In this document: positions 51,792 to 64,000 of the stretch, one piece after another | Position numbering within the stretch: position 1 is the first letter of the stretch | Layout of the letters: every line of letters begins with the position of its first letter | Assembly (NCBI GenBank): GCA_002189035.1 | Contig: NEEC01000016.1 | Span: forward strand, 744,001 to 808,000 | Origin: Utricularia gibba | Lineage: Eukaryota > Plantae > Magnoliophyta | Length of the DNA stretch: 64,000 bases | Reading direction: 5' to 3' | Made by a program: the position numbers and the translations under genes | Notes under the pieces: model-generated | Told to the model about the DNA's origin: nothing | Databases searched by the model: none | What the model saw: the letters and a program-made list of their open reading frames with translations, nothing else

Positions 51792-54700
51792 CTAGTATTC
51801 GTCATAGACATCTTCATCGCTTGGCAGCCTCTTCAACTGATGCTTCTGTTCTGTGGTGTTGTCCTGAAGGTCATCAACGTTCATTTTAAGATGAGCAGTC
51901 AATTTTCTGACAAAAAAACAAGAAGCATGAAGCATGGTAGGAACTTACATCAACTGCCACGGGGAATAAGTGTATGCTCGCAGGATTGAAACTTAAATGA
52001 CTGCATGAAACAAGGTAAAAAATGGTGATTACGTTTCTGAAAAAGAATGCGGAGAGAAAAATGATATATCTACCCTTTTGACAGGATAAGCTGCCACACA
52101 TAAGGAATAAAGAATTCCTCGGGATGCTTCTCTTGTTCGTAGGTGAAATGCAACTGGGAGAACAACTGTTCAAATAGTGAAATGAAGTGTCATACAAGGA
52201 GAAAAAGGAAGCAGCAAATCACACAAGTTGTTTTTCCTTACTTTCATGCCCCCTCCCCTCCATGATCGGCTGTGATTTATTATCACTTGGAGTGCCTTCT
52301 CGACAGACCAATCACCCTCAGTCTTATCGGCATCAACTCGGCTGTTAAAGAAATCCAGAACCTGTGATGGGGGTGGGTGAGAGGGGAGGAATTAGGATAC
52401 GAAGAAAAGGGGAGGGGGAGCTTGTTCTCTTTTTTTTTTTAGAGCAGGCAGAGCTTCTTCCAACAGTGCAAAAGCAACTTTTCGAATGATTAAAAAAATA
52501 TTAAGGAAATAAAAAAGGATTCAGAGTTCTACTCTATGAAATACTCACGGTGTATATGTTCTCCAGCAGCTCACTGAAACGAGGATGATTTTTGAAAGGA
52601 AGAAAAACTTCCTGCCTCTGCATAATCGCATACACAACCTGGAAAACCAGTCGGCAGGAGCACAGTTAAAGAGGGAAAAAAAATTGAACAAGAAGGAATC
52701 TCATTCAAATGAATTCACTCACCTCAGGGTTTCTCGGTAATGCATAGGTTAGAATTGCATTCAAAATCTCCAGCACATGCCTCAAAAAATCAGCGCATAT
52801 GTGCAGGTCTGCGGACTTCAAAATGGTACATGAATCTCAACAAATATTCGTTTGGTTTTCAGAAAACATGGTAAACTATAGAAAAACTCCATTACAGTAT
52901 CATCCTGAAAGTTGTCTCCTATGAGATCACCATCTGCCGTTATCGTTTTGGCATTTTCAATTTCAGCAAGTTTATTGTACCTACATATTGAAACATTTTC
53001 ATGCAACTTAGACACATAACTACAACACGATAAGAGAAGCTCAACTCATGCGTGACTACATTACGAGTAAGAAGCTGGAGGGAGGATCAACATACTTGCG
53101 TGAAAGCATATAGAAAAGGCTAACCAGCCGCTGTGATGCATATGAACTAAGACGATGTGCATGTGGTGCCATATTTGCCAAAGTTGCTAGACAGCTGGTA
53201 AGGAGATAAACATCCTGTTTCAATGCAAGGCAAACTGAATTGTTTTATGCAATCAGAGAATACTGCAACTTTAAAACTATCCAAAGCGGAGAGAGCAAAT
53301 GTCTAACCTGCATTTTGGAAAGATTGTATCTTACAGTCCTAATCAAGATTACAACCATAAGAGAGCCCAGAGAAGTTTGATTAAGGCGGCGCTCCATATA
53401 CCAAGAAATATTGGGAAGAATCTGCAAAAGAATACGTTCTCAAGCTTCAGCTTGAAACAGCCCATAATAATGAGTCGGGGAAATCATTTACCACTTTGTG
53501 AATACTGGCACTGAAACAGGGATCTTGACTTAGAATGAGCAAGATTACAAGCACCATATAAATATGATTCGGTGTCTTCGCTGGAGCATTATAAAGAGTC
53601 TCGAGCATCGGCATCAACTGTTATCATGAAAAAGGAATGATCTGAAAATTGTTGAAAGCAGAAAATAACATAAATGTAAGAGCATAAACACTGAAAATAA
53701 TACAAGCAGCAAGATAAAAAAAATGTCAAAAACACAAGAAATAACTTATTAGTGAATAAAAATTCCTGTAATTGGCGGAAAATGAAGCCAATGTGCAGAA
53801 AGTTTATATTACCATATCTAAAAAGAATATAATAGGCAATTTAGATACTGAGAAACATGGAGGACCAGGGAGTGGAGTTCACTATCTACAATATCATTAT
53901 GCAATTAAAAACAAATCTCAAGATTCTTTATGAAAAAAACTTCAGTCTTTCGGAAAGTGAAATCACAACCACATAACTTACCAGCATATCAATATCAGTT
54001 CGCACTAGAGTATACTCTAAAAAACTTGGATTCCCGTGTACAAGAAGATAAAGCATCAGGACAGAGGTTTCATCTGCCAAGAACCTAAGAAAACAGTAGA
54101 CACATAAATTAATGCATTCCATACAATCATTATAACTCAGGGATCATCACAATCCATCACCCGAGCACTTACATGCCAAGACTGTCAAATAGAGATGCAA
54201 AAGGTATCCTCACAAGTGGGAAACTATGTGCATTAACCTCAAGATCATTGCGATCAACTGCAAGAACATACAGAAAAGTACATGTTAAACAATTTGATTG
54301 AATAGAAAAAATTAAATCACCCAAATAACAGTTGTACAGTTTCACATTACATTCTGTATCCTGAACATTTTCTAATGCTCTGCAGAAAGGATTTTCGGAA
54401 AAGCATGTCTCTTCCTTCTTGAAAGACTCAAAATTGCTGTTTTCCAGCCTGTCCTGAATATATTTTTCTGATTCCCTTCGACGGTAATTGCACAGCAAAA
54501 GTAATACATTTAGGCTCGCATCAGCTAGCGGACTTAGGGAAGCTTCACCTTTTGAGCTGACCAAGTAGTGCAGTGGCAGCCGTATCAAACTTGCTGCAAG
54601 CATACGAATGATGAGAACCATCTCACAAGCTGAAATTAGTTAAGATTAAAAAAATATAACGTAAATTGTTTCCGTTTGCGTTCATTATTCATGTGATGCA

Positions 54701-56132
54701 ACTTGCAAAAGAAGAAAGCATGTGTGCCGAAAAACCATACCTGCTGCAAAACCAACCTTCAATAATAAGCTAGTCTCACTTCCTTCAAAAGGTAATTGAG
54801 AAAATGAATTTTTCAAAGTGAAACGTGGCCTTATTAAATAATTCATCAATAACTTGCGGACCACCAAATTGACCACGCTGCGTTCCTACAGAAACCGGTC
54901 TTTATTCAGAGGGAATAAATGATTCATAAGAAAAAAAAAAAAGAAGCTTTTGCACTCAAAGGATCTTACCAAGATCATTCCTGAATCAATAAACGGGTGT
55001 ACGTCATTTGGTCCTGCTGATGGACCAGAGAGAAGTTGTGTTGACATAGTGATTGCTATGAAATTAAGAAGTTGCTGATGAAGAAGATAGGTTCCAGAAC
55101 TACAGGAAAACAAATACTTTAAGAGATAATATCTAGGCAGTTATGATGTAGTGACAACAAAGTTAGACAACACCAGCGGTGGCTCCATCAAAGTGAAACT
55201 AACCATTCTAGCTTACCTGACATCAACTGTGCCAACAAATTTAAGAACACTGTGCATCACTTGGCTCTCAACTCTTTCTCCTGTATCAAAAGTGTTAAAC
55301 AAATGAATAGATAAGGATCGAAAAATCTACTGAACATTGCACAGCAGCAAAAAGAAAATGGGAAGAAGAAAAAAAATTGATACTGGAAGGCGTTAACAAT
55401 GTAGAAAATAAAAAAAAAAGGTTGAAAACGAATGTGTAACCTTTGGAAAAATTCTCTGGGAGAGGCTCTGTTTCATCCAGGCAGAGGTAGAGTTCTTCAA
55501 AGTTGTCACTCTTAGACTCCTCAATGAGATATTTAAGAAACACGGATGATATACACACAGCATTCAGAGCTCTCGAGAAGGCAGGGGATGACGATGAAGC
55601 AGAAAGACACTCTTGCAAGCACCTTGCTAAGTGAATCAGTATCTTTGCAAGATGTCGCGTGCTGTGGTTATTCGTGGCTGAAGATATCCCACGTAAGAAG
55701 CATTAATCAAACAGGTATCGGAAAAACGTAAAAAAAAGGCCGGGTATCTCCAAATTAGCCCGCCAATTTGCTCGAGTTCAACTCAGATATCGCATGTATA
55801 ATAGAAAACGTCGAAACCCAACCTCCTTGACACTCAACAAGTAAAGCACAATTGATGCATAACCAATTTCGACGTCAAAAACTAAACACGGGAAAATTTT
55901 CGCGCAGGCAGGCTTTCATAAGGGTAAGAATGCACAAACCGAGATGCTGGCAAGCGTGGAGAACGCGATCAGATCGCCAGCGAAGATCTAGAGGTAACTC
56001 CAGAAGCTTGTTCCAGTAATCAGAAGCCAAAGGAAACGATTTCTCTCCAACAAATTCCCCGATCAAATACTCCGCCGTCTCCAGTGGCCTAACTTCGCCG
56101 CCCAGCCGCGGCGACGACGCCACTCCGCCCAT
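51792..56132 (-). CDS. DYM: Dymeclin (Dyggve-Melchior-Clausen family), many short exons; last exon boundary tentative
   Basis: [11 protein letters not shown]...[53 protein letters not shown]...[28 protein letters not shown]...[25 protein letters not shown]. Confidence 0.85.
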
Positions 56133-56988
56133 GCTACGCTCCGAAATGTTCACCTAAAACGACGAAAATCGTACAATTCAGTTTACAAATTGTGCACCAC
56201 CGCCACGAATGACGGAAGTCAAATCTGGAATTTCTCCGATTGATCCGAGAAACTTTTGGTTTCTGTTCCAAGAGCTCTTTCACAGGCGCCGCGATCCAAT
56301 ATGCCAAGTACCGTTTTGCCCTTCCAGTTTTCCATCCTTTTTCTTTTATTAATTAATTTGCCCAAAACGCAGAGACAGACCTCCTTAAATAGAATAACAA
56401 TACTTGTCTGATTTCATTCATACAAGTTGTCCCCGATAGCTTCTTATGGTACATCAAAATCAAGAGAAGGAAGAAGCACACACTTCCTTGTAAGGTCCCG
56501 CCCGGGGAAGGGTTGAAGTAATAGCCTTAAACGAATCTTATATTGAACAGAGGAAGAGGATGAGATTAAGTAGAAATTACTACGTAAATATTTCACTAGA
56601 TGCATCCTTCTTGACAAGATTTCTATGCTCCTGCAGTGGTTCAACTCTGTTTCTGAAATGCTAAGAATATTTTCAATGGTTTCCGAAAGTATGCAATGTC
56701 ATGTCATTTTTACTATATTTTCGAAAATCTAGTTACTAAATTTTCATGTTATTTACAATTATTTCAGTAACATAAATCATTTTCGAAAATATGAAGTGTC
56801 ATCTTTTTATGTTTATTTTAATGGATTTTCCTAATGAAAATAGAAATTCTATTATATGGAAATCCGGAAACAAAACTACATACATCTAACATCTAATGAT
56901 TTCCGGAAATCTAATAAATCAAATGAAAATAACATATATATTTCCATCGAAACGGTTGAAGATGCTCTAATGACAGCATTGAGTTCTT

Positions 56989-58377
56989 CTAACACTGCTT
57001 GAATAAACGAGGGAGAATTTCATGCACGCTGATGTCCAACAGAGCAGGATCCATAGGCATAGATGTGGTTGATGAGAAAGAGATATGATGCACGTATGAT
57101 GAAGAAGATGTAGATGATTAAACCTGTAGAGAGTCCCGCCCTTCTCAGTAGTGATTGGAACAAACCACATTTTACGCATCCCAAGTGATTCGAATTGGAA
57201 AAAGAATCCATCAATCTGTGATCCTTGTCCTTTCCACAGCTTTGTACACCGACAATGACTTAGTTTTGCAAAAGGCGCCTTGTCAGATTCATTAATAGAG
57301 TAAAATACTTGCAAAAATGCACCATGTGACATGGAATAGAAAAATAATTTGGATTTTGGAAACCAAATGCACCTGGGGAATGGATATTATGCTGAAAGAA
57401 TCTTCAGCATACTGCCTGAGAAATGTAAAGCAGCTGCTGTGTGTTTGTGAAGATTCAGAGGCCTGACATTTCAACAGAATATTAGAATTCACGAGTAGGC
57501 GGGGAGTTTGTGAAAAGTAAGCATATGCCAGACGAAATGAAAAAAAAAACACCTTCTCAATACTGGCAGCAGGTGCACACTTCTCAGTGTCAGCAGGAAA
57601 TAAACTGTAGGCTCCACAGTGGAATTCTGATGACAAGTTTTTATGGCATTATCTACAATTTCAGTGGTGAAAGAGAATATCTTTTTTAAGTTATTTTTGT
57701 CTTCATGTTTCCCATAGTGCAAATAAAGTAATTTTTTCAATGAGCACGGCCCATGATTATGTACACAAGCATTGAAGCTGAGCAAAACGGAAAACTGAGT
57801 GTGAAAATATTCAATCCTTGTGTTTACTAAAAAGGAAAGTTGAAAAGTTGAACGAAGAACAAGAATACAAGTAGCAATTAAGTGCAGCCTGAGATTCATA
57901 TAAAACCAAATAAAATAGGATATGAACAGGCCACTGAATGGATGACATTTGACTCACCAGTTCAACGTTTGATCGCATAGTCTCAAATTCTACTGCTCTA
58001 TTTACCTCTTGCTATCTGTGTAAGCTTCTTGATTTTTTTAGCCACCTCCGAACTTTATGCGTTATGCTTTAAAGAAACCTGGAAAGCGTCTAAAGCCTGT
58101 ACCAATAATGGCCAGATTCCATTTTTGTTTCTTTTTAACAGGTGACCATATTACGGTCGTATCGTTCCATAACTTCCAAAACACATACTTTCCTGAAATA
58201 ACTCTGAACAAACAATCAAAAAAGATTCAATATAAAGATCATATGAGATTATTGGAATAATTCTATCCACCAAGAAGCGTACCTTTTCCCAATCTGGTTT
58301 CAGAGTAATAGCCATCTCGGCATCAGCAAGCGCTTTATTATGTGAAGTTTACATGTACATAGAAGCAATCAGATGCT
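56989..58377 (-). pseudogene. Decayed tetratricopeptide-repeat gene (TPR3/At1g04190-like as recalled), 5' part missing
   Basis: Collinear exon relics KALADAEMAITLKPDWEK / SYFRKVCVLEVMERYD / ALDAFQVSLKHNA*SSEVAKKIKKL-(frameshift)-RAVEFETMRSNVEL / KCAPAASIEK / THSSCFTFLRQYAEDSFS / WKGQGS..DGFFFQFES..RKMWFVP / DPALLDISVHEILPRLFK. Stop at 58055-58057, plus in-frame deletions. Confidence 0.85.
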
Positions 58378-58478
58378 CTAAGAATTAGTTATGGAACTAC
58401 ATAAAGTCAAGACTATGCATCTTTTAGATAGCTAATCCATCTCCATTGTACTGCTACCTCAGATGATGATTTGTTTGG

Positions 58479-61400
58479 TTATAGCATCCAGCCAGCCTCT
58501 GGTAGCCGTTCACTTCCACTGGTTGAGGGCTTGAAGCATCCACAGAGAGAGCTCTTCTTCTTCTTCCCATTGCTGTTCCTTCCCTTGTAGAAAAAGTCCC
58601 TTTGAATAGTACTGTTCTTGGTTCTTTTGCTCTCCTCCTCCACCTCTAGCAAAATGTTTTGGATCTTCTGAAGCTCTAATTGCATTCTGAAGATTTCTTC
58701 AGACGCTTTATGTGCTAGTTCGGTTATATGCCTTGTATGCAAGGCGTCAGTGATCAACACAGGAGATGGATAGGGACAACCATCTATGTTCTTGACCAGG
58801 TAGACGTTTAAATCTACCAGCTTTACAATAGCTTCCTCAGTTTGCTGCAAATGGTGCTGGACTCTCTCAAGATCAGCATTCCAGGAATTTTTACCATCCT
58901 CATATGCCTGAAGTTTTATTCTCAAGTGATCCACTGTTTCCAGCAGAATTTGCAGTGTTTTTGCATCCGAGATAAGCCTTTCCAGAATATCAATCGACTT
59001 TATTTCTCTACTTGGCACGGTGATTCTGGTCATTAAAAGCTTATCCACGAAGTCTGAATCAGTGGAAAGCAGCTGTTCAGGATTGACATCAGAATCATCT
59101 GAGTGACTGTAATATGCATCCTTCTGAGACAGTGTATATGACTTTCGGGCTACTAGTTGCTCATACTTTCTGGCATTTTCAGCCGTCTCCCTGATATCAC
59201 GCAGTTGATCATCGTCTATGGCAGTATCTTTTATTGGCATTCCTTCACGAAAAACAGGAGGCTTTCTCTTTATCCTCTGCATCCTTGGAGAATCAAGGTT
59301 ACTCCTATTTTTTCTTCCTTGCCTCAGCCGTTTTCCTCGATGCGAAAAACGATGATGTTTCAACTGCTCAAACTTACTCGACAGAAGCACGGTCTCCTGT
59401 TTGCCTAGAAGGGCTTCTTCCTCCAGCATCCCAGGGAGACATGCATCCTCAGAGGCAATTTCCAAAAACTGAAAAGTAAATGGAAGCCTAGTTACTAAGA
59501 TGCAAACGAAGAGGACGCCAGGACAAAAACTGTGCATGGTATATTTAATGTTATATATAGCCCCTTTTCTACCGCTCAACCTCCCCTTGACTTTTTGTAG
59601 ATCTTACTAGCTAGCAAAGCAGCTGAACAAGTTTTGCTCAGCTACTTCGTTCAATAATGCTGACGATTACCTCAGGCTCGTGGTCATGGTTTGCTTTTTG
59701 CTGCTTCATCTGAAGAAATGCGTTCTGCTCAGCGAATATGTTTTGTTCTCTGCTTGCCTTCTCATTTATTTGTTTACGGAGTAGGCTGAGTTCAGTCTCC
59801 AACTCTTCCTTAGCTTTGTGAAGAACATCAATTTCCGCCACCAGTATCATTTGTTTCTCTGAAAGATTGTATACATTCTTCTCCATATTTGCTCTCAGAT
59901 GAAGTGATTCTTGTTCCTCAGACTTCAGTTCATCAATTGTTTGGCACCACGGAGGGTTCATTTCTTCAGCAGTGACAAGTTTCAATCCTGCACTCCAGAG
60001 TTTCTGTTCCTCATGAAGCAACAGATATTCAGCATTTAAAGCATCATTCTTCATCTCCACATTGCATTCCCTCATCCCCCACATCTCTCGTTCTAGTTTC
60101 CAAATGGTGTCCCGGAGTTGACAGGATTCAGCTTTATGCAATTCCAACTTCTCTGATAACATGCCAATATCCCTTTTGAGGACAGAGCTTATGTTGTGTT
60201 GTTTTTCCAGTTCTTGAATCATTAATTTCATTTCTGCAGTTTCCTCGTTGACCAAACTTGTGAAAATGGATGATCGATTAATAGATGTTAAATATTCCAG
60301 GAGTGCCTCATCAAGATACTGATCATATAGTTGCTTTTCAGTCTCTAGATCAGAAAATCTCATCAGCAAATTTCTGTTATCCTGAACAAGTTGTGAGTTT
60401 CGTTCCACCATTTCTTTGTGAGCCTCCAGCAGTTGATCATGTGCGATACGAAGACTATCATTTTCTGTTTCGAGTATGACTGCATGCCAATGTCTTTCAT
60501 TCAACTCAGATTGTAGTTTCATGTTCAATGCAAGGGCTTCATCTTTCACTACGTTTAAAATAGAAATCTCATTACTTAAACTTAAGAGTTCCTTCTCCAT
60601 GTGTTGCTTCTGCAATTCAAAATCCATACTTTTTGACTCTGCCTCATCAAGAAAGGCTGAAAGAACAGACTTCTCAACCAAGCAAAGCTGCTTCTCATCG
60701 TCATGCTTCAAAAGGGAACATTTCATACCTTCAATGATCTCAAGAATGTGAGCTACCACAGTCTCTTCACTCTCTGTCCATCCCTCCAGATCATCATCAA
60801 GGGCCTTAAAGATCTCATATATATGCAATCTCAGTCGCCAGATTTCATTCAAAAGACGTTCAGTTTCCAACTGTTGTTCAAAACTTTTGCTCTCCAGTGC
60901 AGAGATTAACTTCTCTGCCAATACAGATGCCTCAACATGTTTCTGGCACTCGGAAATTAGAGAGCAGTTCGTCTCTTCAATGTCTTCAAGAAGTTTCCGC
61001 ATGGCATAAAACTCGATTTGGGCTTTCAGAGAATCCTCAAGCTCATCTTGATGTTCTTCCTTCTGCCATTTGTTCTCTTCTTCCAAGTGTTGAATTTGTT
61101 TCTCAAGCCCAGCCATCCTTAAGTCATTATCCATCTGAACTCTTGTTCTTTCCTTCCTTTCCACATTCAGGAAAACCTCAAGCTCTTGAACTTGATTATG
61201 CATGGCTTCGTTCTCCTTTTTAAGGCAACAATATTTTTCTTGGAGCACCATACATCGGTTTTCGAGACTTTCCAGTTTCTGTTCAACAGTTTTCAGCTTC
61301 AATGACAAGCTATCCCTTTCATTCAAAAGGTAAGACCTTTCCTCCTTAAGCATTCCACATACCGTTTCCAATCTCTTAGATTTTTCCCTCAAAACTTCAA

Positions 61401-63054
61401 GTTCATGTCTAGCAGCAGATAAAGAGTTCTCTGAAACAGCATTCTTTTCCAATAGACTATGCATACTCCTTGTGACGACCTGTAGTTGAGAGAGGAGAGT
61501 ATCTTTCTCAGAAGCAACTTCAGAGCTTTCAACTTGGACATGTTGGAAACATTCTTCCATTGCCCTCATATTCCTTTCTGATCTCTCCAGATTAGTATTC
61601 AAGATGGAAAAGGAGGTTTCACAATGCTCTTCCATGTCATCCTTCTCCAGCAAACTTTCTTTCTCTCTATTGTTTTGTTCATTGTTTTTCCCGATGATTG
61701 AGTTTTTATCTCTGAATCTCTTTACTGCAGAAGCCAGACAGTTCGGGCCTGACCGTGTGGTTTCAACCTGATCAACTAAAGCCTGGTAATTTTTATTCAA
61801 TTCTCGCATTTCTTCTTTCAAACATGAAACCTCATGTTGAAGGGACTCGCTCTTGCTGATATGGCACCTAATTTCACTTTCGAGCCTAGACTTCACCACA
61901 TTTAATTTCATAAGTTCTTTGCGTAAGTTCTCTATACAAGCAGCAGCAGACAAGTTTGTCTGACAAAGAACCTCATTCCCATCTCGAACCAGCTGAAGTG
62001 CCTCTTCCCATCCTTGTTTATTTGTTTCCAAACGTGTCAGCGTTTGAAGCACATCTTTGAGTTCTATGGCAAGAGCCTTTTGATCTTCTTGTGATTGGAA
62101 GTGCAATGTTCTCAGATTCTCAAGAGTGCATTCCATCTGAGCACGCCGCAAGTGTTCATCTTTTATGTATTTTTGAAGAGTTTCCAACTCCTCCTGCTTA
62201 TCAAAGAGTTGTTGATCTTTCACAGCTATCTTCCGTGCCAGATAATCTGCCTCATTCTTCAGGGATTGCTTTGATATCTTCAACAGGTTATACTTATCTT
62301 CAGCATTCTTTAACTTTAAATTTCCAATCAAAACATCATTATTAAGCCGCTTTACTTCCTCTTCAGCACCATATAATTCTTGCTCGAGCCGAATTGCAGA
62401 GTCTTCATTCTTCTTGTTCACATCAGAACAAGAATTCTCTTTTCCGACTCCCATCTCAGCAGGAGCCTCTTGAAAGCTCTCAACTTCACTCCCAGCTTTT
62501 CTGTCTAGTTCACTCTCAACAATAGTATTCTTCTTATTCTCATTATTTTCACTGGATAGGAGGGTCACATGATTAACAAAATTTCTTCCTTCAACAGATG
62601 ATGAAGGATCCTGCCCCAAAACCAAGGGTATTGAAGATGATTCTTCAGCCATTGGAGGGAATGCCTTCGCAAGAGCATAATGTGCATGACGAATTTCTCC
62701 TATGGCATGGTTATACCTTTCAGCTAAAGCCCGATAAGCCCTATAAAACTCCTCAACATGTTTCATTAGCTCAGGGCGTTTCTCGTAGTACATTTCAGCT
62801 TTTTTTGCAAACGAATCTGCATCTTCTTCAATCAATTTAATCATGGATCCCACTTTAGCATCCATATCTAATGCAGAGGCAACACAGAACATTATTACTA
62901 CATCCAAAACATGGAAAATAAAGCAGAAAGTTACTCCCAACACCTCCATCCCACCTGTTAGATTTTCTTGGAGCCATTTTGAGTTCTTTGGAGTATTGTG
63001 GCTATTCCACCACCAAGAATACATGCTCCTTGTTTCAGAAGACAATGTTTCCAT
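58479..63054 (-). CDS. NET1: NETWORKED 1 family actin-binding coiled-coil protein, 3 exons
   Basis: NAB domain [23 protein letters not shown] / DMDAKV...[22 protein letters not shown]...[11 protein letters not shown]. Exons 63054-62955, 62867-59671 and 59468-58479 are phase-consistent; C-terminal [12 protein letters not shown]. Confidence 0.9.
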
Positions 63055-64000
63055 ATTCCCTCAGCAAATTGAAGTCGAAAACACGGCCTTACTCAGTCAA
63101 GGATATGATCATGAAACAGACCTTCCTCCGCAAAAAGGTGGTCCACCTGATGAATCAGGCAACAAAATGCTCAAGAACAACACCAAGTAGGAGCACTTTC
63201 CAATGCAACCCAATAACAGAAACCAATATACAGAAATCTCGCACAAAAATCTAACAGAAAACCAAGCCTCTTTCACTACATACACTTGACTGGTTTTCAC
63301 CTTCCACTACCAACAAAAACTAATACATCCATTCAGGAAAGTGAATAAACTCGTCTCCATAACAAAATGGATGAGCTCCATCAACGAAACTAGTAATGAC
63401 CTGAAATGATTCCAAAATTTCAATCAAATCCATTGAAGAGTGAAGCAAACGTTCATGCAAATGCACCTCTAACAAAGAAAAGCGTTGATGTAGCAGCGCT
63501 GCAACAATCCGACGGCGAGGGTCACATCGTTCTCTCCGGCCGGATCTCCATTCTCTTCAATGCGAGTATAGTGTATTCATTAGACGTCCCTCAAGCATCA
63601 TCTTTTCATACAGTATGGTGTTGCCGTGTTGAATTGATTTGGCAGTTGGGATGGGACTCATTTCTATTTTCTTTTATATCATTTACCAAAAATAATTTAA
63701 ATTTCATCGAAATTTCAAGAATTTTCAGTTTATAATATTTGTAAATTTTCATCGAAATATTATTTTTTGTTTCCAATTTAAAATTCAAAATTATTCCGAA
63801 TTTCCTAAGTACAGGGTATATTAAAAAAAAATTAGTCATGTATTTCGGAATAATATTTTTAAAACACCAATTATCAAGCATTTATTGCACGGAATAAAGA
63901 CAGAACAAACCATCAATAGTTGTGTCGGTTCCCACTTGCTATTTGAGGAAAGGGAAATTAATCAATACTCTATGGATAAATTGGGTATTTTTAGTAAAAT

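Noticed and set aside
62868-62954. Hydrophobic insert [29 protein letters not shown] in the NET1 ORF as a membrane anchor
   Set aside because: It is an 87-nt stop-free GT-AG intron at the usual NAB-domain position; splicing restores ENLT-DMD.

Overview
A gene-dense plant (eudicot) nuclear region with short introns (about 75-100 nt) and very AT-rich spacers. I can support 18 protein-coding loci: RPS15A, NDUFA2, ADF, a P-class PPR, a PCRK-like RLCK-VII kinase, a KIN14B-interacting WD40-like gene, PHT1, CWF19L2, CFM3, CYP72A, CIPK, KCS, plastid pyruvate kinase alpha, an ADH-like gene, a CML, a DUF3700/Wali7-like gene, dymeclin and NET1. Beyond the ORF track, the sequence shows five further things. 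(1) A MIR167 hairpin whose mature strand carries an A14U change that would turn the usual mismatch with ARF6/8 into a G:U pair. (2) About 0.8 kb upstream of it, a Pack-MULE with about 235-bp TIRs, a 10-bp TSD and a stop-free captured F-box/kelch fragment. (3) A decayed TPR gene starting about 100 bp after the NET1 stop codon, possibly absorbed into the NET1 3'UTR. (4) A CYP72A relic next to the intact gene. (5) Two diverged copia-type LTRs in opposite orientation. Single-base deletions interrupt CIPK and KCS and probably the PPR N-terminus (possibly CWF19L2 too); this pattern may be consensus-sequence error rather than biology. Two GC-AG introns are present. No rRNA, tRNA or CRISPR array was seen. 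Splice junctions were read by hand. Homologue names and Arabidopsis locus IDs are recalled from memory, not from a search.
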